From Candidatus Eremiobacteria bacterium (GTDB lineage: Bacteria > Vulcanimicrobiota > Vulcanimicrobiia > Vulcanimicrobiales > Vulcanimicrobiaceae): a DNA stretch of 64,000 bases. Within the stretch, counting starts at the first letter, position 1, and each line of letters opens with the position of its first letter. A program made the position numbers and the translations under genes. The notes under the pieces are model-generated. The model saw nothing but the letters and a program-made list of their open reading frames with translations. It did not search any database and was not told the origin of the DNA. Shown here one piece after another: positions 38,239 through 48,826 of the stretch. The stretch is from positions 256,001 through 320,000 of the forward strand of contig CAVWUU010000001.1 of NCBI GenBank assembly GCA_963758295.1. The letters are read 5' to 3'.

Positions 38239-40518
38239 TTAGTCGTCGCGACGTCCTTGTGGACGGCGGCGGCGGCGCATCGGCGGTGCACCTTCGCCTT
38301 CAGGAGCGGGGCTTGCGTTTTCGCGCGGTGGGCCTGAATCTTCGCGCGATTCACGGCGCGGACGGAATTCGCCGTTGCCGCTGGGGCGCGCGCCGTTTTC
38401 ACCGCCGGCCAGCAGCGCCTTGTGAGAAAGATTCAAGCGTCCTTGCCCGTCGACTTCCATCACTTTGACTTCCAGCGAGTCGCCGACGTTGACGACGTCT
38501 TCAACCTTGCCGACGCGTTCGAGCGCGAGCTGGCTGATGTGGACGAGGCCTTCCTTGCCGGGAAGAATCTCGACGAACGCGCCGATCGGAATGATCCGTT
38601 TGACGGTTCCGTTGTACCTCTCGCCGACCACCACGTCTTTGGTGATGTTTTCGACGATCGTCTTGGCTTTATCGCCGCTTTCACCGTCGAGTGACGTGAT
38701 GAAGACGGTGCCGTCGTCCTCGATGTCGATCTTTTCGACGCCGGTGTCTTGGATGATCTTGTTGATGACCTTGCCGCCTGGCCCGATCACGTCCTTGATC
38801 TTGTCCGGGTTGATCTTGATGACGATCATGCGCGGCGCGAACTTCGAGAGTTCCTTACGCGGCTCGGAGATCGACTCGTTGAGCTTTTCGATGATGAAGA
38901 AGCGCGATTTTTTCGCCTCGGTCATCGCTTCGCGCATGATGTCGACCGTGATGCCCTGGACTTTGATGTCCATCTGAATCGCGGTGATGCCCTTCTTAGT
39001 GCCCGCGACCTTGAAGTCCATCTCACCGAGCGCGTCTTCCATGCCTTGAATGTCCGTCAGGATCGCGTATTGCTTTCCTTTGAGAATCAAGCCCATCGCG
39101 ACGCCCGCGACGTGTTCTTTGATCGGTACGCCGGCGTCCATCAGCGCGAGCGACGAACCGCAGACCGACGCCATTGAAGATGAGCCGTTGGACTCGAGCA
39201 CTTCGCTCATCAAACGCAGCGTGTACGGGAACTCTTCCTTCGGCGGGAGCACCGGGATGAGCGCACGCTCCGCGAGCGCTCCGTGACCGATCTCGCGCCG
39301 GCCGGGGCCCCGCATCGGACGCGTTTCCCCGACCGAGAAGGGCGGGAAGTTGTAGAAGTGCATGTAGCGCTTGTCTTCGAGCGCGACGATGCCGTCCAAG
39401 CGCTGCGCATCGCTCGTCGAACCGAGCGTTGCGGCGGTGAAGACCTGCGTCTGTCCACGTGTGAAAACGCCCGAACCGTGAACGCGCGGCACGTAGTGCA
39501 CCTTCGTCCAAATCGGCCGGATTTCGTCGGGCTTGCGGCCGTCGGGACGAATTTTTTCGTCGACGACCATCGTGCGAAGCTCGTCTTCTTGCATGCCTTT
39601 GATGATCTTCGAGAAGTCTTTGCCGTAGGCGCCGCTCTCGAGCATCGTCTTGATTTCTTCGTCTTTTTTGCCGCAACGCGCGATCGCTTCGTCGACGCTG
39701 AGGGCGCCGAGTGCGTCCTCGCGCGCGTGCTTCTCTACTACGCGCATCGCTTTGGCGACGTCTTTGACGAACGTCTTGCGCACCCACTTCTCGAGGTCGG
39801 CGTTGACCTTGCGAAGCGGATATTCGCGCTTGGCTTTACCGGTTTTTTTCGCGAGCTGATCGATCGCTTTGACGATCTTCTTGATTTCGTTATGTGCGAA
39901 CTCGACGGCACCGAGGAACTCTTCCTCGGAGATTTCGTCGCCGCCGCCTTCGACCATCATCACTGCGTCGGCCGTGCCGGCGATGATGATGTCCATTCCG
40001 CCGGTTACATACTGCGGAAGCGTGGGGTTGCAGATGTAGTTGCCGTCTTCATCGCGGCCTACGCGCACTGCGGCAACCGTCTTATCGAACGGAATGTCGG
40101 AGAAGGCTAAGGCTGCGCCCGCTGCACAAACGCCGAGCACGTCGGCATCAAGTTCGGGATCGATCGAAAGCACCGTCGCGACGATTTGCACGTCGTTGTG
40201 GAAGCCTTCGGGGAAGAGGGGACGGATCGGGCGGTCGATTTGACGCGAGCTGAGCACGGCGTGCTCGGGCGGACGCCCTTCGCGCTTGATGTAGCCGCCG
40301 GGAATTTTGCCCGCAGCATACATCTTTTCTTCGAAGTCACACGTGAGTGGGAAAAAGTCGATGCCTTCACGAGGCTTCTCGGAGGCAGTGACGGCGCAGA
40401 GCACGACATTTTGGTCGCCATAGCGGATCAGCGCGGAGCCGTTTGCTTGCTTCGCGAGTTCGCCGGTTTCGATGACCATCGTGCGCCCGCCGACCGTAAG
40501 GGTCACGGATTCGGGCAC
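38239..40518 (-). CDS. pnp: Polyribonucleotide nucleotidyltransferase (PNPase)
   Basis: IETGELAKQANG, FFPLT, RQIDRPIRPLF, SNGSSSMASVC, DFKVAGT, KH and S1 domains. Confidence 0.98.
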   Translation of the reverse strand: MPESVTLTVGGRTMVIETGELAKQANGSALIRYGDQNVVLCAVTASEKPREGIDFFPLTCDFEEKMYAAGKIPGGYIKREGRPPEHAVLSSRQIDRPIRPLFPEGFHNDVQIVATVLSIDPELDADVLGVCAAGAALAFSDIPFDKTVAAVRVGRDEDGNYICNPTLPQYVTGGMDIIIAGTADAVMMVEGGGDEISEEEFLGAVEFAHNEIKKIVKAIDQLAKKTGKAKREYPLRKVNADLEKWVRKTFVKDVAKAMRVVEKHAREDALGALSVDEAIARCGKKDEEIKTMLESGAYGKDFSKIIKGMQEDELRTMVVDEKIRPDGRKPDEIRPIWTKVHYVPRVHGSGVFTRGQTQVFTAATLGSTSDAQRLDGIVALEDKRYMHFYNFPPFSVGETRPMRGPGRREIGHGALAERALIPVLPPKEEFPYTLRLMSEVLESNGSSSMASVCGSSLALMDAGVPIKEHVAGVAMGLILKGKQYAILTDIQGMEDALGEMDFKVAGTKKGITAIQMDIKVQGITVDIMREAMTEAKKSRFFIIEKLNESISEPRKELSKFAPRMIVIKINPDKIKDVIGPGGKVINKIIQDTGVEKIDIEDDGTVFITSLDGESGDKAKTIVENITKDVVVGERYNGTVKRIIPIGAFVEILPGKEGLVHISQLALERVGKVEDVVNVGDSLEVKVMEVDGQGRLNLSHKALLAGGENGARPSGNGEFRPRRESREDSGPPRENASPAPEGEGAPPMRRRRRPQGRRDD

Positions 40519-40608
40519 GGTTACTCCTAGATTTTTCTAAGTTGCTCTTTTTTATGAACCGTGCCCGGTTCGGGAAGGCGCCGCGCTGCCCCTGGTTTGG
40601 GGATGGCG

Positions 40609-40977
40609 CTACCGCGGCTTTCCCCACGTCTTGGCGGACGCGATATCGAAGACGATACAGGGTTCGCTGCCAAGCACCCAAGCGTCGTGACCCGGAGGAA
40701 TGGACATCGCCTCGCCCGCCGTCACGTCCGCCGTCGTGCCGTCATCGCCCTCAATGTGCATGCTGCCCGAGATCACGTACCCGAAGTGGGAAAGCGGGCA
40801 GCTTGGCGTCTCAAGCACGCTTAGCAGCGTTTCCGACCACCGCCATCCCGGGTTGAACGTTCCGCGCGCGACCTCGCGGTCGCCGATGGTCACGATATCG
40901 ATCTTGCCGTTCGGAATGGCGCGTGTTTCGTCCGGACGATCGAAGGATTTGTGCTCGATCGAGGTTGCGACTGCCAT
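40609..40977 (-). CDS. Cupin domain protein
   Basis: PGWRWS, CP..H.GYVISG.M, IPPGHDAWV.G. Confidence 0.88.
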   Translation of the reverse strand: MAVATSIEHKSFDRPDETRAIPNGKIDIVTIGDREVARGTFNPGWRWSETLLSVLETPSCPLSHFGYVISGSMHIEGDDGTTADVTAGEAMSIPPGHDAWVLGSEPCIVFDIASAKTWGKPR

Positions 40978-41112
40978 AGAGCACCTCCCGCGAGCATTAC
41001 GCCCGCTTACAGTTCAGTCGTTCATCGAGCGTAGCACAAATTGCCCCAGCAACACGGTGCCGCCGTTTTATGGGACCGTGCTAGCGCCCGCAAGCCGCTT
41101 GGAAGTCAATCT

Positions 41113-41574
41113 TTACGGAGATGGCGCCGGCGACGGAGCCGTCCATGACGTTCCATCCGCATATTTGACTGCTGCGATCGCGCAGTAAGCGGATCCCGCG
41201 CCGATCGGCGAAACGGCCGGGTCGAGACGGAACTTGTGATGGATCGCTTCGCCGGGTGAAAACGTTCCGGAATCCTTGACGGATTGGACGACTCGATCGT
41301 GCTCGATCAGCGCGACGTCAATTTCTTTTGCGGCGATTTTGGCGTCGTTCGTAAAAGAAAAGCGCAGCACCGAGGGATCTCCGAGCGTCGTGCTCGTGGA
41401 TCTTTCCGTTCCCATGGTGTTGGCCGTCGAAGTCGGCGCATCGCTTTTCCCGAAATGCGGCGTGCATTCGGTGACGGTTACATTCGAGTCGGGCGTTTGG
41501 CGCTGTTGATCGGCCATCGCGATAATCGGCGCAGCTAGTCCGCAGAACAGAGCGAGAACGAAGAGTCGACGCAT
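41113..41574 (-). CDS. Secreted hypothetical protein
   Basis: GGAGG SD, signal peptide, D.GTFSPG..I.H...C....VKYADGTSW. Confidence 0.75.
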   Translation of the reverse strand: MRRLFVLALFCGLAAPIIAMADQQRQTPDSNVTVTECTPHFGKSDAPTSTANTMGTERSTSTTLGDPSVLRFSFTNDAKIAAKEIDVALIEHDRVVQSVKDSGTFSPGEAIHHKFRLDPAVSPIGAGSAYCAIAAVKYADGTSWTAPSPAPSP

Positions 41575-41630
41575 GCATACCTCCCAATGTATTGCAGGCG
41601 ATTCGCGCATCGTGCGGGGAAGCCCGCTCC

Positions 41631-43346
41631 ATGAGACGCCGTTTAATCACTCCGCTCCTGGCGCTGCTGTGCTTTACCCAATCACTAGCCTCGCCATCGG
41701 TGCCGGCAACCGCCGCGCACGCGATGGTTGTTACGGAGCAGCGTCTTGCGTCGCAGGCAGGCTTGGACATTCTCGAACGCGGCGGCAACGCGGTCGACGC
41801 GGCCGTTGCCGTTGGATACGCGCTCGCGGTCGTCGATCCGTGTTGCGGGAACATCGGCGGCGGCGGTTTCATGTTGGTGCGCATGCACGATGGGCGCGAG
41901 CGGTTTATCGATTTTCGTGAAAAGGCTCCGCGGCTCGCTACGCCCGCCATGTATCAAGACGCGGAGGGAAACGTCGTACCGGACCGTTCGCGCAAGGGTT
42001 GGCTTGCCGTCGGTGTTCCGGGAACGGTGATGGGATTCGATCGTGCGCTGCGCGAGTATGGAACGATGTCGCGGCCGGCCGTCATGGCTCGTGCAATCGC
42101 GCTGGCGCGCGACGGATTCGTCATGCAATCGGGCGATTTAATTCCGTTTGCGGGCGCAGAAACGGAAGGGTATAGCGGCGCATATGGCTTTGCGAAACAG
42201 CCGAAGGTGCGAGCGATTTGGATGCCGCGTGGCCGCTATCCGAAAGCCGGCGACCGGATCGTCCAAGCGGATCTCGCGCGGACGCTTTCCACCATCGCTG
42301 CCGGCGGCCACGAGGCGTTCTATCGTGGGCCGATCGCGCAGACCATCGTTAGGGAAAGTCAAAAGCATGGCGGAATTCTCACGGCCGAAGATTTTGCGGG
42401 GTACACTATCGGCGAAAGCGCGCCGCTGCATTGCTCGTATCACGGGTATGAAATCATTTCGGCGCCTCCGCCCAGTTCCGGCGGCGTGACGCTATGCGAA
42501 ACGCTCAACATTGTTTCGCCGTATCCGTTCGCGGCTTGGGGATGGCATAGCGTGCGTGAGGCGCACTACCTTGCTGAAGCAGAACGCCGCGCGTATGCCG
42601 ATCGCAACGCCGATCTGGGCGATCCGGCCTTCGTAAAAAACCCGATAGCGCAACTGCTCGATCCGTCGTACGCAGCGCGCTTACGCGCCGGAATTGCTCC
42701 GATGCACGCGACGCCCTCCAAAGACGTCAGGCCGGGTGTCGCGGTTTCCGTGCATGAAAACGACGACACGACGCATTTCTCCATCGTCGACAAAGACGGC
42801 AATGCGGTGGCCGTGACTTATACGATCAACGATTGGTTCGGTTCGGACGTCATTGCCGGCGATACCGGATTTTTCCTCAACGACGAAATGGATGATTTCA
42901 CCTCGAAGCCGGGTGTTCCGAACATGTACGGGCTCGTGCAGGGCGTCCGCAACGACATCGAGCCGAAGAAGCGGCCGCTTTCGTCTATGGCGCCGACGAT
43001 GGTGCTGCGCGACGGCAAAATTGCGATGGTTACCGGCAGCCCCGGTGGCTCGCGGATCATTACGATCACGCTTGAAACGATCCTCAACGCGGTCGACTTC
43101 GGCATGAACGTGCAGCAAGCGGTAGATGCGCCGCGCATGCACATGCAATGGCTGCCGGATGAAATTGAGTACGAACCGGGCGCTTTCGCCGGCGATACGG
43201 TGAAGGCGTTGCAGAGTAACGGCTATACCCTTAAAGAAATCCCGATGTGGGGCTCGGCACAAGCCATTTGGATCGATGCGAAGACCGGCATCCTTTACGG
43301 CGGGACCGATCGGCGTCATCCAGCCGGCGCCGCCATCGGATACTGA
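41631..43346 (+). CDS. ggt: Gamma-glutamyltransferase
   Basis: GGNAVDAA, IDFREKAP, PPPSSGG, TTHFS nucleophile, LNDEMDDF, RPLSSMAPT, GSPGGSRI. Confidence 0.96.
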   Translation: MRRRLITPLLALLCFTQSLASPSVPATAAHAMVVTEQRLASQAGLDILERGGNAVDAAVAVGYALAVVDPCCGNIGGGGFMLVRMHDGRERFIDFREKAPRLATPAMYQDAEGNVVPDRSRKGWLAVGVPGTVMGFDRALREYGTMSRPAVMARAIALARDGFVMQSGDLIPFAGAETEGYSGAYGFAKQPKVRAIWMPRGRYPKAGDRIVQADLARTLSTIAAGGHEAFYRGPIAQTIVRESQKHGGILTAEDFAGYTIGESAPLHCSYHGYEIISAPPPSSGGVTLCETLNIVSPYPFAAWGWHSVREAHYLAEAERRAYADRNADLGDPAFVKNPIAQLLDPSYAARLRAGIAPMHATPSKDVRPGVAVSVHENDDTTHFSIVDKDGNAVAVTYTINDWFGSDVIAGDTGFFLNDEMDDFTSKPGVPNMYGLVQGVRNDIEPKKRPLSSMAPTMVLRDGKIAMVTGSPGGSRIITITLETILNAVDFGMNVQQAVDAPRMHMQWLPDEIEYEPGAFAGDTVKALQSNGYTLKEIPMWGSAQAIWIDAKTGILYGGTDRRHPAGAAIGY

Positions 43347-43786
43347 TGACGAAAAGCGTTTCATTGCTCGCGGTTTGCGAACTCGCGAACACCAGCGGCA
43401 CGGGTTGCGCATGGTGCGGCAAAGCGCTGCCTAAGCGCCGCCGCACGTGGTGCAGCGATCGTTGTTCCAAGGCGTTCTGGACGAATCACTGGTGGTCGCT
43501 CGCGCGCCGCGCAGCAAAGCGCCGCGACAAGTACCGCTGCAAACGCTGCGGTCACGTGCCGCCCAAACGCAACACGACCGAATGGCGCAAAACGCGCAAA
43601 ACCGCGCGCTTGGAAGTCAATCACATCGCTCCGGCCCTCGGCAAACACGGCACACTTAGCTGCGTTCATCACTTGGTCAATCTCGAAACGCTCTGCGTCA
43701 CGTGTCATAAAGCCGAAACGAGCGCTCAATCCAAGTCAGTGAGAAGAGACTCGGTGGCACGTTCATCGGCCCTTGAAGTGAAATAG
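43346..43786 (+). CDS. HNH endonuclease-like protein with N-terminal zinc finger
   Basis: CAWC...WCSDRC, RDKYRCKRCG, LEVNHI...NLETLCVTCH. Confidence 0.8.
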   Translation: MTKSVSLLAVCELANTSGTGCAWCGKALPKRRRTWCSDRCSKAFWTNHWWSLARRAAKRRDKYRCKRCGHVPPKRNTTEWRKTRKTARLEVNHIAPALGKHGTLSCVHHLVNLETLCVTCHKAETSAQSKSVRRDSVARSSALEVK

Positions 43787-43983
43787 TCCTCGCGTACGCA
43801 CTGAACCACGGAGAAGAATTCCAAGCATTGCTAGCAGAGCGCACCCGATTCACCTCAGTAGCCGAATCCGGAGAGACGTGCATCCCGAACGGCGGAAACA
43901 TGGACGACCTCGGCGCCCGGCCGCCGGAAGTTCCCGACATCACCGCTAGGTGCGAGGGCGCTGGTTTTGGTATAACCCGGCCT

Positions 43984-44841
43984 ATGCAGAGCCTTTCCCC
44001 TGAGCGCCGTAAGGAGCTCGAACTTAAGGCGAACGACGTCCGTGAGGGCATCATTCGCTCGCTTCTTTCCGCCGGCTCCGGCCACTCCGCCGGATCGCTC
44101 GACATGGCGGATATCTTCACGGCGCTCTACGGCGCCGTCATGCGTCACGATCCGCAAAATCCGGAGTGGCCCGAGCGCGACCGGTTGCTGCTCTCCTGCG
44201 GACACATTACCCCCGTGCGTTATTCGGCGATGGCGAACTTCGGCTACTTTCCGGTTGAAGAGCTCTTGACGCTGCGCAAATTCGGATCGCGCCTGCAAGG
44301 CCATCCGGAACGCGTGAAAATGCCGGCGCTCGAAACCACGTCGGGTCCGCTCGGCGAAGGGCTTGCACAGGGCACTGGTATGGCGCTGGGCGCGAAGCTC
44401 GACAAGAAAGATTGGCGCGTATACGTCGTGACGTCGGATGCGGAACACCAATGTGGCCTTCATTGGGAAGCCATGATGACGGCCGGCAAGTTCAATCTCG
44501 ATAACTTGACCTGCATTATCGATCGCAACTTCATTCAAATCGACGGCAGTACCGAAGACGTCATGCCGCTCGAACCGCTCGCCGACAAGTACCGCTCGTT
44601 CAATTGGGAAGTGCTTGAATGCGACGGCAACGACATCGCGGATTTCGTCGCGACCGTTGAAAAAGCCAAAGCGGTCAAAGGCCGCCCCCAAGTGATCATC
44701 GCGAACACCGTTCCGGGCAAGGGCGTCAGCTATATGGAAGGCGACTACACCTGGCACGGCAAGCCTCCGAACAAAGAGCAAGCCGACGAAGCGCTGCGCG
44801 AACTGCGCGAAAACCGCGAAAGGATCCTGGCCAATGCCTAG
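43984..44841 (+). CDS. Transketolase, N-terminal (TPP-binding) subunit
   Basis: GSGHSAGSL, RDRLLLSCGH, LQGHP, GPLGEGL, SDAE...WEA, DRNFIQIDG, WHGK. Confidence 0.93.
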   Translation: MQSLSPERRKELELKANDVREGIIRSLLSAGSGHSAGSLDMADIFTALYGAVMRHDPQNPEWPERDRLLLSCGHITPVRYSAMANFGYFPVEELLTLRKFGSRLQGHPERVKMPALETTSGPLGEGLAQGTGMALGAKLDKKDWRVYVVTSDAEHQCGLHWEAMMTAGKFNLDNLTCIIDRNFIQIDGSTEDVMPLEPLADKYRSFNWEVLECDGNDIADFVATVEKAKAVKGRPQVIIANTVPGKGVSYMEGDYTWHGKPPNKEQADEALRELRENRERILANA

Positions 44842-45847
44842 CACGGACGTACTCGATCAAGCCGCGCAGGCAATGCATCTCGTGGATTACCGCGATGCCG
44901 CCGCGTTGAAGCAGCTGCCCACGCGCAACGGTTTCGGGGAAGGCCTCATCGAAGCGGGAAATCGCAATTCGAACGTGATGGCGATCTGCGCGGATCTCGC
45001 GGAATCCACGCGCATGGAAGGCTTCAAGAAAGCCCATCCGGCGCAGTATCTGGAAATCGGCGTTGCGGAGCAGATGCTCGTGGCAATGGCCGGCGGTCTA
45101 GCGGCGATGGGCAAAGTGCCGTGGATTGCTTCGTACGCAATGTTCAATCCGGGCCGCTCGTGGGAGCAAGTCCGCACCATCATGGCGCTCAACGAAACCA
45201 ACGTGAAGATTGCGGGCGCCCACGCCGGCGTCTCCGTCGGCCCAGACGGCGCAACGCACCAGGCAATCGAAGACATCGCGATCATGCGCGTGATTCCGCA
45301 CATGATGGTCGTCGTGCCGTGCGACGCCATTCAAACGAAGAAAGCTACCCTCGCGCTTTCCGAGAAGTTCGGGCCGACGTATCTGCGCTTCGCGCGCGAA
45401 AAATCAGCGATCGTCACGACGGAAGAGACGCCGTTCGAGATCGGCAAGGCGCAGACGTTCCGTGAAGGCAAGGACGTAGCGATCGTTGCATGCGGCATTC
45501 TCCTGTACAACGCTTTGATTGCGGCGGAAGAGCTTGCGCGCGAGGACGGCATCGAATGCCGCGTCGTCAACAACCACACGATCAAGCCGATGGATGAAGC
45601 GGCCGTAATTGCCGCGGCTCGTGATTGCGGAAGCGTCGTCACCGTCGAAGAACACCAAGTCCACGGCGGCATGGGTTCACGCGTTGCGGAAATTCTCGCG
45701 CAGAATCAGCCGGTGCCGATCGAGTTTATCGGCGTGCACGACCAGTTTGGACAGTCCGGCGATCCAATCGAGCTAATCGAGCACTACGCAATGGGCACGA
45801 AGGCGATTAAAGATGCCGCACGGCGCGCGTACAAGCGCAAAGCCTGA
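44834..45847 (+). CDS. Transketolase, C-terminal subunit
   Basis: ADLAEST, GVAEQ, GPDGATHQAIED, TIKPMD, VTVEEH. Confidence 0.93.
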   Translation: MPSTDVLDQAAQAMHLVDYRDAAALKQLPTRNGFGEGLIEAGNRNSNVMAICADLAESTRMEGFKKAHPAQYLEIGVAEQMLVAMAGGLAAMGKVPWIASYAMFNPGRSWEQVRTIMALNETNVKIAGAHAGVSVGPDGATHQAIEDIAIMRVIPHMMVVVPCDAIQTKKATLALSEKFGPTYLRFAREKSAIVTTEETPFEIGKAQTFREGKDVAIVACGILLYNALIAAEELAREDGIECRVVNNHTIKPMDEAAVIAAARDCGSVVTVEEHQVHGGMGSRVAEILAQNQPVPIEFIGVHDQFGQSGDPIELIEHYAMGTKAIKDAARRAYKRKA

Positions 45848-45866
45848 AAAGTGACTTGGGTTAAGA

Positions 45867-45896
45867 AAAAAAGCGGGAAGAGATTCCCGCTTTTTT
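45867..45896. terminator. Intrinsic terminator
   Basis: AAAAAAGCGGGAA-GAGA-TTCCCGCTTTTTT. Confidence 0.85.
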
Positions 45897-45977
45897 GTTT
45901 TCGGCAAGCCGCCGCTGGGTAAGAGCGCAAGTAATGTCCCGTCGTCGATGCTTTATCGAAGCGGCTGTTGCCGTTAG

Positions 45978-48362
45978 ATGATTCCGTACATCGATAAGAA
46001 TGCAATCGTTGAAGCGAGTGCCGCGCAAGCGCATCCGCTTCTAGACGCGTTGCCTTTGCACGTCTGGATCCTCTCCGAAGACGGCGCGCCGGTTTTTCTT
46101 AACAAACATTGGCAGCAGTATAGCGGGCTCGAGCCGGCTGCGGCGCCATTGCTGCCTCAGACGCTGATTCATCCCGACGACGTCGATGCGGCGATGATCG
46201 CGGCGTACTCCGACCAGAGCAGCGAGCACGAGTTTCGCTTGCGCCGGGTTGACGGCGTCTATCGATGGCACTTCGTGCGTTGGCAAACCATTGCATCGAG
46301 CGACGGCGGCGAAACGTTCCGGCTCGGCACGGCGATAGACATTCACGATCAAGTGCTCGGGCGCGAAGAGCGAGACCGTCAGCTCCACGTAGTTGCCGAA
46401 GCGATTCCGGACATCGTGTGGTCGATACGCGCCGACGGGGTCCAAGACTACGCTAACGAGGCGCTGGCGCGATATTCCGGGATTCCCCTCGAGGAAACGA
46501 TCGGCTCGGGTTGGAGCCGCGTAGTGCATCCGGAAGATCTGCCGCAGGTCCTGGATTTATGGACGCGGGCGCTTCACAGCGGTGAACCGTTCCAAATGGA
46601 GTACCGTCTACGGCGGCATGACGGCGCTTACCGTTGGTTCGTCGCCCGTGCCCGTCCTATACGCGATCGTGAAGGAAGCGTCGTTCGCTGGTTCGGGACG
46701 TCGACCGATATCGACGAGCAGAAACGGCTGGTTCAAGAACAGCAGTATCTGGCGCAGCTAAGCGACGTGTTGAGCACGTCGCTCGATCTCGATGCGACGC
46801 TTGCCCGAATCGCTCGAATCGGCTTGCCGATGCTTGGCGATTGGGCCCAGCTCGATCTGCTCGACGAATCCGGAGAGCTTTACACTGCCGTTGAAGCGCA
46901 TGTCGATCCGGAGATTCATCGCTCGTTCTCGCCCGCGCGCAGCCGCCGCGCATTGCGGCTGAGCATGCTCGCCCCATCGCGTGACATCACGCGAACTGCT
47001 AAGGCTCAAATTTTCAACGAGCTTCCCCAGCGGTCGCTCGACGCGGTGGTGACAGACACCGAAGAGCGCAAACTCTATCGTCGCGCGGGCTTCGAATGCG
47101 CGCTTTTCGTGCCGCTCGTAGCTGCCGGAAGCACCATCGGCTGCATTACGTTCGTGCGGGCCGACTGCGCAGAACCGTACGAGTCGAAGATGCTTCCTTT
47201 CGCGGAAGAATTTGCGCGGCGCGCAGCACTTGCAATCACGAATGCGCGCGTCTACGAACGCGAACATCGCGTCGCGCAAACAATGCAATCGGCGTCGTTG
47301 CCGAGGGCGTTGCCGGAAGTTCCCGGCATCCAACTCAATGCGGTCTACGTTCCCGGACAAAACGACGCGCAAATCGGCGGCGACTGGTACGATGCGTTCC
47401 GGCTCAAAGACGGCCGGCTCGTGCTTTCCATCGGCGACGTTGCCGGCAGCGGTTTGGACGCGGCTGTGACCATGAGCAACATGCGGCAGATCATCCGAGG
47501 AACCGCGCAAGTCCATGCGGATCCGTTGCTGATGTTGAACGCCGCCGATCGCGCGTTGCGTTTGGAAGATCCACACCGCTTCGTCACTGCTTTCGTCGGT
47601 GTTTTCGATCCGATTGCGGGTGAGCTGGTCTATGCGAGTGCCGGACATACGCCTCCGCTGGTGCGCCGCGCAGACGGCCAAGTCGTGGAATTGCTTTTCA
47701 GCGATTTGCCGCTCGGGCTTCGCGATCGCGCCGAAGCTCAATCGCAGACGGCGAAGCTCGAGGCCGGAGACCTGTTGCTGCTGTACACCGACGGACTCAC
47801 GGAGTCGTCGAGAAATTTTGCCGCCGGATTCACCGCGCTCGATAACGCACTGCGTGCGCCGGAACTGAACGAAAGGGCCGACCCCGCCGCCTTCTTGCGC
47901 GACCGGTTGTTGGCCGGAGGGACGCGCGACGACGTTGCCATTTTGACGTTGCGCGTCGGGGAGCCGGCCGTGCGCCGGCGCTCGGTAACGCAGTGGCATT
48001 TCGACGCGCTTTCCGGGCAGTCGTTATTCCAATTGCGGAAAGAACTCGCCGAGTTGCTTTCCTCGATTACAAAAAGCGCCGATGCGTTGTTGAACGCCGA
48101 GTTAGTGCTTGGTGAGCTCGCGGGCAACGTCGTGCGTCACGCGAGCGGCGCGGTCGACATTATTCTCGACCTCGGCTCGCGCGATCCGGTGCTGCATATT
48201 GTCGACGAAGGGCCGGGCTTTGCCCGCGCCCCGATGCTCCCAAGCGATATCCTGAGCGAGTCGGGCCGCGGCCTTTTCATCGTCGCGCAAGTAACGCGTG
48301 AATTCAGCGTGGCGAGGCGAAGCGGGCGCGGCAGCCACGCGCGCGCGGTTCTGTCGGTGTAA
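45978..48362 (+). CDS. PAS-PAS-GAF-PP2C (SpoIIE/RsbU-like) phosphatase with C-terminal anti-sigma-type HATPase domain
   Basis: HPDD/HPED PAS_3 motifs, IGGDWYD, IGDVAGSG, LYTDGL, DDVA, ELAGNVVRH...D.GPG...ESGRGL. Confidence 0.9.
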   Translation: MIPYIDKNAIVEASAAQAHPLLDALPLHVWILSEDGAPVFLNKHWQQYSGLEPAAAPLLPQTLIHPDDVDAAMIAAYSDQSSEHEFRLRRVDGVYRWHFVRWQTIASSDGGETFRLGTAIDIHDQVLGREERDRQLHVVAEAIPDIVWSIRADGVQDYANEALARYSGIPLEETIGSGWSRVVHPEDLPQVLDLWTRALHSGEPFQMEYRLRRHDGAYRWFVARARPIRDREGSVVRWFGTSTDIDEQKRLVQEQQYLAQLSDVLSTSLDLDATLARIARIGLPMLGDWAQLDLLDESGELYTAVEAHVDPEIHRSFSPARSRRALRLSMLAPSRDITRTAKAQIFNELPQRSLDAVVTDTEERKLYRRAGFECALFVPLVAAGSTIGCITFVRADCAEPYESKMLPFAEEFARRAALAITNARVYEREHRVAQTMQSASLPRALPEVPGIQLNAVYVPGQNDAQIGGDWYDAFRLKDGRLVLSIGDVAGSGLDAAVTMSNMRQIIRGTAQVHADPLLMLNAADRALRLEDPHRFVTAFVGVFDPIAGELVYASAGHTPPLVRRADGQVVELLFSDLPLGLRDRAEAQSQTAKLEAGDLLLLYTDGLTESSRNFAAGFTALDNALRAPELNERADPAAFLRDRLLAGGTRDDVAILTLRVGEPAVRRRSVTQWHFDALSGQSLFQLRKELAELLSSITKSADALLNAELVLGELAGNVVRHASGAVDIILDLGSRDPVLHIVDEGPGFARAPMLPSDILSESGRGLFIVAQVTREFSVARRSGRGSHARAVLSV

Positions 48363-48371
48363 TCGAACAAC

Positions 48372-48409
48372 AGAGAAAGAGCCGGTTCAGATGAACCGGC
48401 TCTTTCTCT
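48372..48409. terminator. Bidirectional intrinsic terminator
   Basis: 18-bp inverted repeat AGAGAAAGAGCCGGTTCA-GA-TGAACCGGCTCTTTCTCT between convergent genes. Confidence 0.85.
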
Positions 48410-48428
48410 TTACTTTTCGAGCTTGCGC

Positions 48429-48698
48429 TTAGCGGCGCAGACCCAGATCCGCGATCAGCGAACGATAACGCTCGAGATCTTTCTGCTGCAGGTAGCTGAG
48501 CAGACGGCGACGCTGGCCGACCTGCAAAAGCAGGCCGCGGCGGCTGTGATGATCCTTCTTATGGATCTTCAAATGATCGGTGAGCTGATTGATCGACGCT
48601 GTAAGTATAGCGATTTGAACTTCGGCCGAACCGGTATCGTTGGTTCCGCGACCGTACTTGGCGGCGATCTCCGCCTTTTGTTCCTTGGTAAGAGGCAC
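48429..48698 (-). CDS. rpsO: 30S ribosomal protein S15
   Basis: GTG start with [16 protein letters not shown]...[22 protein letters not shown]...LGLRR; 89 aa. Confidence 0.98.
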   Translation of the reverse strand: MPLTKEQKAEIAAKYGRGTNDTGSAEVQIAILTASINQLTDHLKIHKKDHHSRRGLLLQVGQRRRLLSYLQQKDLERYRSLIADLGLRR

Positions 48699-48826
48699 GA
48701 ATAGAACTCCTTGTGCAGGATAGACTCGGCCGGACTGCAGGGCACGCCCCGTGCTCCGCTCCGGCGACCGGCGTATCGTACCAAAGAGCGCTAAGCCGTG
48801 CAACCCGGCCAAAGTCGCTTCCGCGC

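Noticed and set aside
43346..43786. HNH gene as a mobile element or Cas9/IscB-type nuclease
   Set aside because: No RuvC motifs, terminal repeats, intron context or adjacent array are visible.
43855..44844. Long antisense ORFs (also 39283-40110, 46758-47999, 57930-58808 and others)
   Set aside because: These are shadows of well-supported GC-rich genes on the opposite strand, with no motifs of their own.
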